Of a stretch of 64,000 bases of DNA, positions 33,416-44,346 are shown piece after piece. Origin of the DNA: Methanothermococcus sp. Ax23 (lineage in GTDB: Archaea > AGJL01 > Methanococci > Methanococcales > Methanococcaceae); NCBI RefSeq assembly GCF_049075655.1, contig NZ_CP157522.1, forward strand, positions 960,001-1,024,000, read 5' to 3'. The number at the start of each line of letters is the position of its first letter. The first letter of the stretch is position 1. The notes below the pieces were generated by a model, which did no database searches, had not been told where the DNA came from, and was given only the letters and a program-made list of their open reading frames with translations. The position numbers and the translations under genes are program-made.

Positions 33416-33721
33416 GTAAAGGGCGGCATTTGCCTTTTCCCAAATGCTCCAACAGTTAGGGGAACAAAACACTTAAAAGAGTTAATTTTAGCTAAAAAAG
33501 AAGGTTATAATTCTATAATACTGATTATGGCAGTTAGGGACTGCAAATATTTTCTCCCAAATTCAAAAATGGATAAAGAATTTGCAGACACATTCTACCG
33601 AGCTCTGAAAAATGGAGTGGAATTTAAAGCTTTTAAAATTAGGATAGATGAAAATGGTAAAAAGGTATATCTATCATCTAACTTAAATCTCAAAGTATAA
33701 AATTATCAATAATATCTGTGA

Positions 33722-34594
33722 TTATTGCAATAGCTCTTTAATCATGTTTATATATTCTTTTTTATCGGGAACAACCATTAATTCCTTTGAAGGAAGTTTT
33801 ATAGATGCCCTAAATCCATGTTTTCTTGCTAAATCCGTGATTTTTTTATTGTATGTATATAAATCATCTAAAAGTTCCTCAGTTATTGTTGTATCGTAGT
33901 CGCAATACTGTAATGGGCAACCTTCCCTCCAATATCCGAATTTATCGCCAACTTCGTGGATTCTTTTTATCTCTATTCCATAATAATTTTTGAGCTTAAT
34001 AACATCGTCATAACCGCATCTTATAAGAGGTCTAAAAAACATTTTATTATATCTTTTTGGAACTGGGGTGAGCTCCATTTTATCAAATTTTTCCATGCCA
34101 TATTTTTCCCTTAAATACTGAAATATTGGTCCAGAAATCTTTTCAAGTGCTGTATCCCCCGTTAGTATGATTTCCGCACCTTCATTCTCTGCTATTTCCA
34201 TCATTTTATCCTTCATTATGTTCTTGCAGATTCGGCAGATGCTCCCTCCTTTTGCACCTTTTGTTCGTTTTTTCAAGTCTTCGGTTATATCATAGAACAG
34301 TATGGGAATATTTAATTCATCGGCTATTTTTTGAGCCTGTTCCTTAGCTAAATTCCAGCTCCATTTATGGATAAAATGAACACACAAACAAACATTTAAA
34401 TTTAAATCCTTTGCTAATGCAAGGGCTGTTGAGCTGTCCTTTCCACCACTAAGCATGGAAACTATTTTTTTATCTTTAAGTTGGTTCTCTTCAAAATTCT
34501 TTATTATATCTCTTTTTAACTGATTCAAATCTTTTAAATTTCTTTTTTGAGCTGTCCAGTCTGTAAATAAGACATTGTTTTCCATAGTATCCAC
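33722..34594 (-). CDS. PP-loop (adenine nucleotide alpha hydrolase) family protein
   Basis: MLSGGKDSS, CxxC (CRIC), TGD, RPL. Confidence 0.8.
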   Translation of the reverse strand: MDTMENNVLFTDWTAQKRNLKDLNQLKRDIIKNFEENQLKDKKIVSMLSGGKDSSTALALAKDLNLNVCLCVHFIHKWSWNLAKEQAQKIADELNIPILFYDITEDLKKRTKGAKGGSICRICKNIMKDKMMEIAENEGAEIILTGDTALEKISGPIFQYLREKYGMEKFDKMELTPVPKRYNKMFFRPLIRCGYDDVIKLKNYYGIEIKRIHEVGDKFGYWREGCPLQYCDYDTTITEELLDDLYTYNKKITDLARKHGFRASIKLPSKELMVVPDKKEYINMIKELLQ

Positions 34595-34641
34595 AATTTT
34601 ATGAATATTTTTTATTCATATTATTTTATTATTCTATAATT

Positions 34642-35370
34642 TTATTCTTCATCTATAATTCTTTCAAAACCATTATATACTACAAACCTGTTCTTTCGGG
34701 CAAAACCTATCAATATTATATTATTATTTTTTGCGAGCTCTACACCTTTATCTGTTGATGGAGATTTTGATACTATTGCAGGTATTTTGGCATTAACTGC
34801 CTTTTTTACCATGGCATAAGGCTGTCTTCCGCTTGAAACCAATATTTTATCATCCAAATTTATATTATTTAAAACTCCATAACCTATTACTTTATCTGCC
34901 GCATTATGCCTTCCAATGTCTTCAATAGTGATTATTTCATTACCTTTTAAATCAAATAGGCATGCCCAGTGAGTTCCGCCTGTTATTTTCCATATTCCTG
35001 TGATATTTGACATATATTCCATTATTTTAAAAATGGTTTTTAAGGGTATTTTTAATTTTATATCATTATAGCTTTTATCGTTATTGTTATTATTTGATTT
35101 ATTATTTGATTTATCGCTATCTGATTCATCAGTTATTACAATTATTCTATCGTTATTGATATGAACATCCTTAATATCCTCTGGTTCTAAATAACCCTCT
35201 GAAATAACATAACCTGCCCCGAGCTCCTTTAAATCCTTAGGTGATGCTGTCATTTTTTCTATAAATTTATCGTTAATATATAAATCATAATTTTCTTCAA
35301 TACACACATAGTCCTCTTTATGACTTGAAGAGAGCTCATCCCAGTTTAAAGTTTTTATCTTTTTCATCAT
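34642..35370 (-). CDS. fdhD: formate dehydrogenase accessory sulfurtransferase
   Basis: TGGTHWA, EDIGRHNAADK, SSGR, S.SPST..GV. Confidence 0.92.
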   Translation of the reverse strand: MMKKIKTLNWDELSSSHKEDYVCIEENYDLYINDKFIEKMTASPKDLKELGAGYVISEGYLEPEDIKDVHINNDRIIVITDESDSDKSNNKSNNNNNDKSYNDIKLKIPLKTIFKIMEYMSNITGIWKITGGTHWACLFDLKGNEIITIEDIGRHNAADKVIGYGVLNNINLDDKILVSSGRQPYAMVKKAVNAKIPAIVSKSPSTDKGVELAKNNNIILIGFARKNRFVVYNGFERIIDEE

Positions 35371-35377
35371 AGTATCA

Positions 35378-35773
35378 TTACTCCATAATTTTAACATAAA
35401 ATGTTCTGTTTCTTGGTCCGTCGAATTCACAGAAATAAATGCCCTGCCAAGTTCCAAGTAATGGTTTTCCATGTGATATTATTACAGTTAATGAGCTCCC
35501 AAATAGCGAGCTCTTAATATGGGCATCTGAGTTGCCTTCCAAATGTGAAAAATTATAGTTTTTTGGTATTTTTTCCTTTAAAAACTTCAAAATGTCTTTT
35601 TTAACAGATGGGTCGGCATTTTCGTTGATTGTTAAGCCTGCTGTTGTGTGCGGAACATATATTACAGCAATTCCATCGCTGATTTTTGAGTTTTTTATGG
35701 ATTCTTTTATATAATTTGTAATATCAATCATTTCTTCCCTTGAATTTGTTTTTATTTGGTGTTTAAACAACAT
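35378..35773 (-). CDS. yjbQ: YjbQ/UPF0047 family protein
   Basis: PHTTAGLTINENADP, GNSDAHIKS, LGTWQGIYFCEFDGPR. Confidence 0.93.
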   Translation of the reverse strand: MLFKHQIKTNSREEMIDITNYIKESIKNSKISDGIAVIYVPHTTAGLTINENADPSVKKDILKFLKEKIPKNYNFSHLEGNSDAHIKSSLFGSSLTVIISHGKPLLGTWQGIYFCEFDGPRNRTFYVKIME

Positions 35774-35943
35774 ATCACATCACCCTGCGGTAGTTGAATT
35801 AATTATGATGATGAAGTGATTAAGTAATTTCATCTAATTATTTCTTCAATTAATGATAAATATATAATATATAAAGGATATACTATATAAGTTAGATAAA
35901 TCACAATCACAATTATAAAATTATCTTAAAATTGAGGGAGATT

Positions 35944-37851
35944 ATGAACAGCACAGGCGAGAATTTAAGTTTGAATCTAAATTTACAAAACAAAAAAATT
36001 ACCGTTGATACCTGCGTAGTCATCGATGGAAGAATATCGGAGCTCATAAAAAAGGATGCAATAAAGAACAGCAAAATAATCATTCCAGAGGCTGTTGTAT
36101 CAGAGTTGGAAGCTCAGGCAAATAAAGGTAGAGAAATAGGATATTTAGGTATAGAGGAATTAACAAGATTGGTGGATATTGCAAAGGAACATAATATCGA
36201 AATAGAATATTATGGAGAGAGGCCATCAGTTGATATTGTTTCACTTGCAAAAGCTGGTGAAATAGATGCCATGATTAGAAAAGTGGCAAAGGAGACAAAC
36301 TCACTATTGCTCACAAGTGATAGGATACAGCATAATCTTGCAAGAGCTCAGGGTATAGAGTCCTACTATTTGGAGGTTGAAGAGGAAAAAGTGGAACTAT
36401 CTTTGATGGATTACTTTGATGATATTACTTCGTCAATCCATTTAAAAGAAAACTGCATCCCTTACGCAAAAAAGGGAAAACCTGGGGAAGTTAAACTTGT
36501 TCCAATTGGCGATGAAAAATTAACAAGAGAAAAGATGGAATATTTAATTGATAATATATTGAAATATACTGAACAAAACAATGGTCTTATTGAAATTCAG
36601 AAGAGAGGAGCCACAGTAATTCAACTTGCAAACCTGAGAATATCAATAGCAAGACCTCCATTTTCAGAAGGGCTTGAAATTACCGCAGTTAGGCCAATTA
36701 CCAAGGTTTCTCTTGATGATTATAAATTGTCCGATAAGCTTTTAGAGAGATTGAAGGAAAAAGCAGAGGGGATTTTTGTTTCTGGAAGTCCGGGAAGTGG
36801 AAAATCAACATTTGTATCAGCATTGGCAGAATTTTACTGTAATAACAATAAGATAGTAAAGACGATGGAAAGCCCAAGAGACCTTCAAGTTGGAAAAATG
36901 ATTACCCAGTATGCACCACTTGAAGGAAATATGGAAAACACCTGTGATATTCTACTACTTGTTAGACCAGATTATACCATATATGATGAGGTAAGAAAAA
37001 CAAGAGACTTTGAAATATTTGCCGATATGAGGATGGCAGGTGTTGGAATGGTTGGGGTGGTTCATGCCTCAAAACCAATCGATGCCATCCAGCGTCTTAT
37101 TGGCAGGGTGGAGCTCGGTGTGATACCTCAGATAGTAGATACTGTAATTTATATAGAAAGTGGGCAGATAAAAAAGGTTTATGAAGTGCATTTCACTGTT
37201 AAAGTTCCACACGGTATGAAGGAGGCAGATTTGGCAAGACCTGTAATTGAAGTAAGGGATTTTGAAACAAAAGAGCCAGAATATGAAATATATACCTATG
37301 GTGAGCAGGTAGTGGTCATGCCTATAAAAGAAGAGGAGGGGGAAAAATCCAAACCTCCAATTCACAAATATGCAGAAGAAAAAATAAAAGAAATTTTAAA
37401 AGAACACCTGCCAAGAAAGGTAAGAAAAGAAATGCGGGTGAAAGTTAAGAATGATAATACCATAGATTTAATAGTTCCGGAAAAATATGTTCCCGCAATT
37501 ATTGGAAAAGGTGGAAAGGAGATAACAAAACTGGAAAATATACTGGGCCTTAGAATAAATGTTGAAAGAAAAAGCGTGGAAATGGATTTTGAAGAAGAAT
37601 CTTTTGAAAAATATGAATTTGTAAGTGATTACGAAACCACAAAATTGACTGAAACAAAAAACCATGTTATAGTAGATGTTGGAGAAGAATTCATGGGAGC
37701 AAATGTCAAAATATATGTTGATGGAGATTACTTATGTAATGCCACAGTAGGTTCAAGCGGAATTGTCAAAATAACTAAAAAAACAGGTATAGGAAAGGAG
37801 CTCCTAAATGCTATGAAGAAAAATAAAGATATATATGTAGAAATTGATTAA
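35944..37851 (+). CDS. PINc/VapC family ATPase with KH domain (PINA)
   Basis: PIN domain DTCVVIDG, Walker [32 protein letters not shown]. Confidence 0.92.
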   Translation: MNSTGENLSLNLNLQNKKITVDTCVVIDGRISELIKKDAIKNSKIIIPEAVVSELEAQANKGREIGYLGIEELTRLVDIAKEHNIEIEYYGERPSVDIVSLAKAGEIDAMIRKVAKETNSLLLTSDRIQHNLARAQGIESYYLEVEEEKVELSLMDYFDDITSSIHLKENCIPYAKKGKPGEVKLVPIGDEKLTREKMEYLIDNILKYTEQNNGLIEIQKRGATVIQLANLRISIARPPFSEGLEITAVRPITKVSLDDYKLSDKLLERLKEKAEGIFVSGSPGSGKSTFVSALAEFYCNNNKIVKTMESPRDLQVGKMITQYAPLEGNMENTCDILLLVRPDYTIYDEVRKTRDFEIFADMRMAGVGMVGVVHASKPIDAIQRLIGRVELGVIPQIVDTVIYIESGQIKKVYEVHFTVKVPHGMKEADLARPVIEVRDFETKEPEYEIYTYGEQVVVMPIKEEEGEKSKPPIHKYAEEKIKEILKEHLPRKVRKEMRVKVKNDNTIDLIVPEKYVPAIIGKGGKEITKLENILGLRINVERKSVEMDFEEESFEKYEFVSDYETTKLTETKNHVIVDVGEEFMGANVKIYVDGDYLCNATVGSSGIVKITKKTGIGKELLNAMKKNKDIYVEID

Positions 37852-37858
37852 TAAAAAA

Positions 37859-38626
37859 TTAATTATTTGAACCTTCAATTACTCCTTCTTTTAATTCCTT
37901 AGCTTTTTCTTCAAGTTTTTTCACAGTTTCCTCAGAATCGCCATATTCTTCAATTATTTTTACATAGGCACTTCCAACTACAACACCGTCTGCACCGTTT
38001 TTTATAAATTCTTTTGCATGCTCTTTTTTTGATATTCCAAATCCAACATAAACTGGTTTTTTACATAAATTCTTTGTTCTATTAAGGAAATCTAGGGCAA
38101 GATTTGAAACATCATCCCGAGCTCCTGTTGTTCCATATACAGATACAAGATAAACAAACATAGAGCTCGCCTCATCAATCTTCTTCAATCTGTCCTCTGA
38201 GGTATTTGGTGCCGCAAGGAATACCGTTCCAATATCGTATTTTTTACAAACATCTAAATATTCCTCAGCATCTTCAACAGGCAAATCTACAACAATAAGT
38301 CCATTTCCGCCAACTTCTTTAAGTGTTTTAACAAAATTCTCCACACCTTTTGTAAATACCGGGTTGTAGTATGTCATTACAACAACGGGGGTGTCGGAAG
38401 TTTTCCTAAACTCTTTTATTATATCAAAAACCTTTGAAACTTTCATACCATTGTTTAATGCCCTTACATCTGCTTTTTGGATTGTTTCTCCATCTGCCAT
38501 AGGGTCGCTGAATGGAATTCCCAATTCGATTATGTCCGAGTATTTAGAAAGTGCGTTCATAAATTTCAATGTAGCGTCAGGAGATGGGTCTCCTGCAACA
38601 ATAAAGCTCACAAGTTTTTTTTCCAT
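37859..38626 (-). CDS. trpA: tryptophan synthase alpha chain
   Basis: [32 protein letters not shown]. Confidence 0.97.
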   Translation of the reverse strand: MEKKLVSFIVAGDPSPDATLKFMNALSKYSDIIELGIPFSDPMADGETIQKADVRALNNGMKVSKVFDIIKEFRKTSDTPVVVMTYYNPVFTKGVENFVKTLKEVGGNGLIVVDLPVEDAEEYLDVCKKYDIGTVFLAAPNTSEDRLKKIDEASSMFVYLVSVYGTTGARDDVSNLALDFLNRTKNLCKKPVYVGFGISKKEHAKEFIKNGADGVVVGSAYVKIIEEYGDSEETVKKLEEKAKELKEGVIEGSNN

Positions 38627-38667
38627 AAAAACACCTCTTTTTGCATTTTTTAAATATGATGTCGTAA

Positions 38668-39423
38668 TTAATAGGATTTAATGGATATGTCATATTTTGC
38701 ATTAACACTAATGGACTTTAAAATATCTTCTGTTCGTTTTCTTATTGAATCCATATTTATTTTCTTTTTGAGAACTCCAAGGGTTCTTTTTGGAATTAAA
38801 ATTACATTACATCTGTAATGATATATTCCATTTTCATACTCCACTTCAACATTTAATGCATAATCGTGAATCATATCCTGCTCTTTTAGTATGTCAAATA
38901 AATTACATGATAGCTCATCAATGGCAGTTTTTTCCATGGTTCTGAGCTCCAATTTATCAGGTTCAAATGTTTTGCTTATAAGATTATCAATATATTCATC
39001 ATCAGGTAATTTGATGCCAAGTTTTTTTAGGAGCTCATCTCTTTCAGGGTTTCCACCACATCCTTCATCCTCACCTTTGAGATTTTTGGAAGATTTATTC
39101 CCTTCCCCAAATCCGTAGTCAATAACTGGGTAGACAAATATTTTTCCATCCCCGTAATTTCCCGTTTTTGCACTATTGGTTATTGTAGATATTATGTCTT
39201 CCAAATGTTCCTCATCAGTTATTAGCTCCATTTTTGTTTTTGTTTTTTGAACATCCATTACAAATGTATGTCCCCTATATTCCCTAACAACTTTTTCGCC
39301 AACTTCACGCCTTCTGCCTTTAACATCTGAAATAAGAATATCGTCCTTATGTCCAAATTTTGCAAGTGCGGCGATTACATCGGCTGTTTTCTCTGGTCGC
39401 AATACTGCTTCCACCAAATACAC
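38668..39423 (-). CDS. divergent PII (GlnK-like) domain fused to a ~140-aa unknown C-terminal domain
   Basis: [19 protein letters not shown]-loop, [15 protein letters not shown]-loop; GTG start after AGGTGA RBS. Confidence 0.85.
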   Translation of the reverse strand: MYLVEAVLRPEKTADVIAALAKFGHKDDILISDVKGRRREVGEKVVREYRGHTFVMDVQKTKTKMELITDEEHLEDIISTITNSAKTGNYGDGKIFVYPVIDYGFGEGNKSSKNLKGEDEGCGGNPERDELLKKLGIKLPDDEYIDNLISKTFEPDKLELRTMEKTAIDELSCNLFDILKEQDMIHDYALNVEVEYENGIYHYRCNVILIPKRTLGVLKKKINMDSIRKRTEDILKSISVNAKYDISIKSY

Positions 39424-39473
39424 AATATCACCTAATGTAATCAATATACACACTATTATATCTCAATCAAATC

Positions 39474-40643
39474 TTAGAATTTAATATATTTCATAACAGT
39501 TCCTAAATCTTTATCTCCCCTTCCTGAGAGATTTACTATTATAATTTCATCTTTATCCATTTCCTTTGCCATTTTCATACCCTGAGCTACTGCATGAGAT
39601 GATTCAAGAGCAGGTATGATTCCCTCTGTTCTGGACAATTCTAAGAACGCATTTAATGCCTCTTCATCTGTAATTCCTGCATACTGCACCCTTCCTATGT
39701 CCTTCAAATATGCATGCTCAGGACCTACACCGGGGTAATCCAGTCCAGCGGATACGCTGTATGTTTCTTTTATCTGCCCGTCTTCATCCTGTAAGAAGTA
39801 TGAGAACATACCATGTAATATTCCCTTTCTACCTTTCAACAACGAAGCCGCATGTCTTTCTGTATCAAGACCTTCACCAGCAGCCTCAACACCAACAAGT
39901 TGAACTTCTTTGTCATTTTTGAATTCATTGAATATACCTATTGAATTACTACCTCCACCTACGCAGGCAACAATACAGTCAGGAAGTCGCCCTTCTGCTT
40001 CCAATATCTGCTGTTTTGCCTCTCTACCTATTACTGACTGGAAATCCCTAACCATTGAAGGATATGGGTATGGACCAACAACAGAACCTATTAAATAGTG
40101 GGTGTATTCGAATGTTTCCACCCAGTCCCTAAGTGCTTCGTTTATGGCATCCTTTAATGTTTTTGAACCAGATTCAACAGGATGAACTTCTGCACCGTGC
40201 AGTTTCATCTTATAAACATTTAACTTCTGCCTTTCTACATCTATTGCTCCCATGTAGATTTTTGCCTTCATATTGAACAATGCCCCAACCATTGCAGTGG
40301 ATAAACCATGCTCTCCTGCACCAGTTTCAGCAATAATTCTTGTTTTACCCATTTTTTTAGCAAGGAGTGCCTGACCTAAACTGTTGTTTATTTTGTGAGC
40401 TCCGCCTAAAAGTAAATCTTCTCTCTTCAAATATATTTTTGCTCCACCCATCTTCTTTGTAAGGTTTTCAGCGAAGTATAATGGAGTCTCCCTACCTGCG
40501 TATTTTTTTAGGTAGTAGTCGAGCTCCTCCTTGAACTCAGGGTCATCTTTATATTCTTTATATGCTTTTTCGAGCTCCTTTAATGATGGCATAAGCACCT
40601 CAGGAACATATTGACCGCCGTATTCTCCAAATTTAAATTCCAT
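39474..40643 (-). CDS. trpB: tryptophan synthase beta chain
   Basis: [39 protein letters not shown]. Confidence 0.98.
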   Translation of the reverse strand: MEFKFGEYGGQYVPEVLMPSLKELEKAYKEYKDDPEFKEELDYYLKKYAGRETPLYFAENLTKKMGGAKIYLKREDLLLGGAHKINNSLGQALLAKKMGKTRIIAETGAGEHGLSTAMVGALFNMKAKIYMGAIDVERQKLNVYKMKLHGAEVHPVESGSKTLKDAINEALRDWVETFEYTHYLIGSVVGPYPYPSMVRDFQSVIGREAKQQILEAEGRLPDCIVACVGGGSNSIGIFNEFKNDKEVQLVGVEAAGEGLDTERHAASLLKGRKGILHGMFSYFLQDEDGQIKETYSVSAGLDYPGVGPEHAYLKDIGRVQYAGITDEEALNAFLELSRTEGIIPALESSHAVAQGMKMAKEMDKDEIIIVNLSGRGDKDLGTVMKYIKF

Positions 40644-40679
40644 TTTATCACCTAATTTTTTATTATTTGTTAAATTTTG

Positions 40680-41309
40680 TTATACATTTGCCTCATTTAA
40701 ATTTTTAACAAATGATTTTATTAATAATTCATCTTTTTTATTATTCTTTTCAACACCGCTGGATAAATCGACACCATAAGGTTGCACATACTCAACAATT
40801 TCCTTAACATTCTCAGGATTAAGACCTCCTGCAAGAATTATGTTAAAGTTTTTTGCGATTATTTTGCTTACTCTTAAATCGTGTGTAATTCCGCAACCTT
40901 TTCCAGTATCGAGAAGTATATTACAAACATCAGTATATTTTTTTATTTCATTTATTAGATTTTCAGCATCTCTTTCTGGATTTGAACTTAATGAAGGAAC
41001 TTTAAACGCTTTTATTATATTAATGTTATAATTATTTTTCAATTTAACAATCTCATCAACATCCATCTTTGAGTGGATTTGTATATATTTAGTTCCAGTT
41101 TTTTCTATTATCTCCGCCCAGTCGTCATAAGTATTTACTGTGGATACAGCATAAACAGGAATATTTGCAATTTCCATTAATTCTTTTGCTTTTTCAAGTG
41201 GTATTTGTCTTTTGGACTCGCTTTTAACAATAACTCCTGTGGCATTAGCATATCTTTCAACTATTTTTAATTCTTCTTCTGATTTGATGCCGCATATTTT
41301 GATAAACAT
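40680..41309 (-). CDS. trpF: phosphoribosylanthranilate isomerase
   Basis: IKICGI, IQIH, LLDT, LAGGLNPENV, GVDLSSGVE. Confidence 0.95.
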   Translation of the reverse strand: MFIKICGIKSEEELKIVERYANATGVIVKSESKRQIPLEKAKELMEIANIPVYAVSTVNTYDDWAEIIEKTGTKYIQIHSKMDVDEIVKLKNNYNINIIKAFKVPSLSSNPERDAENLINEIKKYTDVCNILLDTGKGCGITHDLRVSKIIAKNFNIILAGGLNPENVKEIVEYVQPYGVDLSSGVEKNNKKDELLIKSFVKNLNEANV

Positions 41310-41319
41310 AATGTTCCCT

Positions 41320-41907
41320 CTATTTATAGCTCAATACCCTATCTACAAAGTTTTTTATTATTTTTAATCCCTCTTTATTTTCCCATTCAGTCAATACGCT
41401 TTCAGGGTGGAATTGAACCCCTTCAATAGGTTTTGTTTTATGCCTAATGCCCATAATTATTTCTTCATCCGTATCAATGGTAGTTGCTGTAATTTCAAAA
41501 TCCTCAGGAACTTCAAGGACTGCAAGAGAATGGTATCTTCCAACCTCCAACGGATTTTTAACATTTTTAAATATGGTTTTTCCGTCGTGTTTTATTATAC
41601 TAGACTTTCCATGAACTGGGGGTATTCTATCAACCTTTCCGCCAAATATATGGGCTATAATTTGATGACCAAGACAAACTCCCAATATTGGAACATCCAT
41701 ATTCATTATAATTTCTGGACAGTTTTCAATATCTCTTTTTTTGTCCGGAGCTCCGGGACCTGGTGATATAATAATCCCATCTGGATTTATTTTTTTAACC
41801 TCTTCAAGAGTTATAGTGTTTGGAACAACCTTTATTTTATCATATATGGAAGCATATTCTGCCAAATTCCATACAAACGAATCCTTATTGTCTATTATTA
41901 AAATCAT
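41320..41907 (-). CDS. trpG: anthranilate synthase component II
   Basis: IDNKDSF, SPGPGAP, GVCLGHQ, RYHSL, QFHPES. Confidence 0.95.
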   Translation of the reverse strand: MILIIDNKDSFVWNLAEYASIYDKIKVVPNTITLEEVKKINPDGIIISPGPGAPDKKRDIENCPEIIMNMDVPILGVCLGHQIIAHIFGGKVDRIPPVHGKSSIIKHDGKTIFKNVKNPLEVGRYHSLAVLEVPEDFEITATTIDTDEEIIMGIRHKTKPIEGVQFHPESVLTEWENKEGLKIIKNFVDRVLSYK

Positions 41908-41937
41908 AATTTCACCTTTGTTGGGAAATTACCTGGA

Positions 41938-43299
41938 TTATTTATCGATATCATGTTCCACCTCTAATGCACGCATAACAGCCGCCATTTTTCTCTCGGT
42001 TTCGATATATTCATTTTCAGGAACAGAATCCGCAACTATTCCAGCTCCTGCTCTTAATCTAATGGTATCGTTGTCTATTTCTGCCATTCTTATGGCTATT
42101 GCAGTATCTGCGTGATTACTCAGTGAGAAATACCCCACAGCACCGCCGTATATTTTTCTTCTGGATTTTTCCAGTTCATCAATTATTTCCATTGCCCTAT
42201 ATTTCGGAGCTCCTGTTAATGTTCCCGCAGGGAATGATGCCTCTATTGCATCGAACATTGTAGCACTGTCTTTTAACTCCCCGATTACCTCACTTTCTAT
42301 GTGCTGAACATGACTGTATCTTATTACCTCAAAGAATCTAGTTAATTCAACAGTTCCAGATTTTGATATCTTTCTTACATCGTTTCTTGCCAAATCAACA
42401 AGCATCATGTGTTCAGCTCTTTCTTTCTCATCATTAAGGAGCTTTTCAGCAAGTTCTTTTGTTTCTTCCTCGGTTTTTCCAACTTTCGTAGTTCCCGCAA
42501 TTGGATTTATTTTTAAAATACTGTTCTCAACTGATGCCATTGTCTCAGGAGACGCCCCCACAACATCCTTTTCAAATTCAAGCAAAAACATATAAGGACT
42601 TGGGTTGAGCTCTCTCAAATTTCGATATATTTTAAATGCTGAATAATCGCTTTTTAATTGATACTCCCTTGATATTACAACTTGGAAGGCATCACCGCTG
42701 TAAATATAGTCCTTTGTTTTTTCCACCATTTCCATAAAATCGTTTTTATTTGCATCGCATCCAACGATATTTGTTCCGCCTTTTTCATCCACTATTTCGG
42801 ATTTTTTAGCTTTTTCAATAACTCTTTCGGCATTTTTCATTTCTTCAAGAGAATTGTTTAATGACAGGTAGTAATATCTGTTTAGTATGTGGTCATAAAC
42901 ATAAACATTGTTGTAATATCCAAATACAGAAGCTTCCTCAATATCTCCGCCGATATAGTTATGTATCGTATCATAGGCGAAGTATCCTAAAAAACCTCCC
43001 GTAAATCTCTCGTTTAATTCAATATTGCTAATTTCTTTTTTGTTTTTTATTTCTGATTCAAATATCTCTTTTAATGCCTTAAATGGATTACTTTCCTTTG
43101 AAACTGTGCTGTTGCCTATTTTTGTATTATTTTTAATATTTACAACAAACTCTGGATTTGAAGATATATATGTATATCTCGCTTTTGAAGGGTGTTTGTC
43201 CCTCGACTCTAAAATAAATGGATATTCCCCTTCCTCTCTTAAAACATTATACAGTTTCAATGGGTCGATATAATCAAACTTCTGCCTAAATAGCTTCAT
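41938..43299 (-). CDS. trpE: anthranilate synthase component I
   Basis: NPSPYMF, GASPE, PIAGT, KERAEHMMLVDLARND, FPAGTLTGAPK. Confidence 0.97.
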   Translation of the reverse strand: MKLFRQKFDYIDPLKLYNVLREEGEYPFILESRDKHPSKARYTYISSNPEFVVNIKNNTKIGNSTVSKESNPFKALKEIFESEIKNKKEISNIELNERFTGGFLGYFAYDTIHNYIGGDIEEASVFGYYNNVYVYDHILNRYYYLSLNNSLEEMKNAERVIEKAKKSEIVDEKGGTNIVGCDANKNDFMEMVEKTKDYIYSGDAFQVVISREYQLKSDYSAFKIYRNLRELNPSPYMFLLEFEKDVVGASPETMASVENSILKINPIAGTTKVGKTEEETKELAEKLLNDEKERAEHMMLVDLARNDVRKISKSGTVELTRFFEVIRYSHVQHIESEVIGELKDSATMFDAIEASFPAGTLTGAPKYRAMEIIDELEKSRRKIYGGAVGYFSLSNHADTAIAIRMAEIDNDTIRLRAGAGIVADSVPENEYIETERKMAAVMRALEVEHDIDK

Positions 43300-43317
43300 A
43301 CTATCCCATTCTATCTT

Positions 43318-44346
43318 TTATTTATAATTTTGAATTTTTGTCAATTTATTTAATACAATTCCATCATCAATGGCATTTTTTGCCATTTCGAGACCTTCCT
43401 TATAATCTGATGCCACATCTGATGCATAAAGGGCCGCAGCAGCATTCAATAGTATAAAGCCCCTATTCTCATTAATTTTTCCTGAAAATATCTCAAAATC
43501 CTTCGGATTTTTACGATTTCCTTCGCTTCGCTCGAAAACCTCGATTATTCTTTTGGCACTTTCATCAGGGCTTCCGCATGGAATAGGTTTTGAAGGGGTT
43601 AATCCAATATCCCTTGGATGTATCTGGTATATTTCATTTTCCTTATTTTCGTTTATTTCGCAAATTGTAGAATAATCATTTGGGTTTAATTCATCCAATC
43701 CATTTCCATAAACTACAAGAGCTCTTTTAACACCAAGGAGTTTTAATGCATCCCCAACTTTTTCAACTAAATCAGGGGAATTTACTCCCATAATCTGATA
43801 ATCAGGGTTTGCAGGGTTTGCAAGTGGTCCCAATATATTGAATATTGTTTTTATCCCCAATTCTTTTCTAACAGGCATTATTTTTTTCAATGCAGGGTGA
43901 TATTTTGGAGCAAACAAAAACACAAAGTTTGTTTCATCAATCATTTTTTTAGCTTCCTCTGGTGTGGAATCAATTTTAATGTTCAATGCTTCCAAAACAT
44001 TTGCAGAACCGCTTTTTGAAGTAATGGATACATTTCCGTGTTTTGCAACCTTTTTAAAACATGATAATACGATAGATACAGCGGTGGAAACATTTATTGT
44101 GGAAAAACCATCCCCTCCTGTTCCGCAGGTATCACAAACACTTCCTAAATCTACTTTAACGGCATTATCTCTCATCGCCTTCGCAAAACCGGCAATTTCT
44201 TCGGAAGTAAAGCCCTTAGTTTGAAGTGCTGCAAGATATGCCCCTATTCTTATTTCACTTTCATTTAAAAGGTTATTGAATAAATTATATGCCTCTTCAT
44301 AAGTTAAATCCTTTCTATCCACTATTTTATTTAATAAGTCGTTCAT
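43318..44346 (-). CDS. trpD: anthranilate phosphoribosyltransferase (with 16-aa repeat-derived insertion)
   Basis: DTCGTGGDG, AKHGN.S.TSKSGSA, TIFNILGPL. Confidence 0.96.
   Translation of the reverse strand: MNDLLNKIVDRKDLTYEEAYNLFNNLLNESEIRIGAYLAALQTKGFTSEEIAGFAKAMRDNAVKVDLGSVCDTCGTGGDGFSTINVSTAVSIVLSCFKKVAKHGNVSITSKSGSANVLEALNIKIDSTPEEAKKMIDETNFVFLFAPKYHPALKKIMPVRKELGIKTIFNILGPLANPANPDYQIMGVNSPDLVEKVGDALKLLGVKRALVVYGNGLDELNPNDYSTICEINENKENEIYQIHPRDIGLTPSKPIPCGSPDESAKRIIEVFERSEGNRKNPKDFEIFSGKINENRGFILLNAAAALYASDVASDYKEGLEMAKNAIDDGIVLNKLTKIQNYK
43486..43533 (+). repeat. double-hairpin short repeat inserted in frame in trpD
   Basis: AAAATCC-TTC-GGATTTT then TTTC-CTTCGCTTCGCTC-GAAA; encodes ERSEGNRKNPKDFEIF. 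Confidence 0.8.

Larger units (their letters stand above)
32643..33700 (+). pseudogene. sfsA: DNA/RNA nuclease SfsA interrupted by a 368-bp element
   Basis: RVNRF, DTGRL.E, SRFDF, VELKGCNL | VKGGICLFPNAPTVRGTKHLKEL; joining 33047 to 33416 gives an intact ~229-aa ORF. Confidence 0.92.

Noticed and set aside
35070-35130. Asn/Asp-rich tracts in fdhD, argS (~56680-56710) and the end of the 51132 ORF
   Set aside because: AAT/GAT slippage expansions typical of AT-rich genomes; no hairpin-repeat signature.
35800-35850. C/D box sRNA (ATGATGA)
   Set aside because: No matching CTGA box D; AT-rich divergent promoter region.
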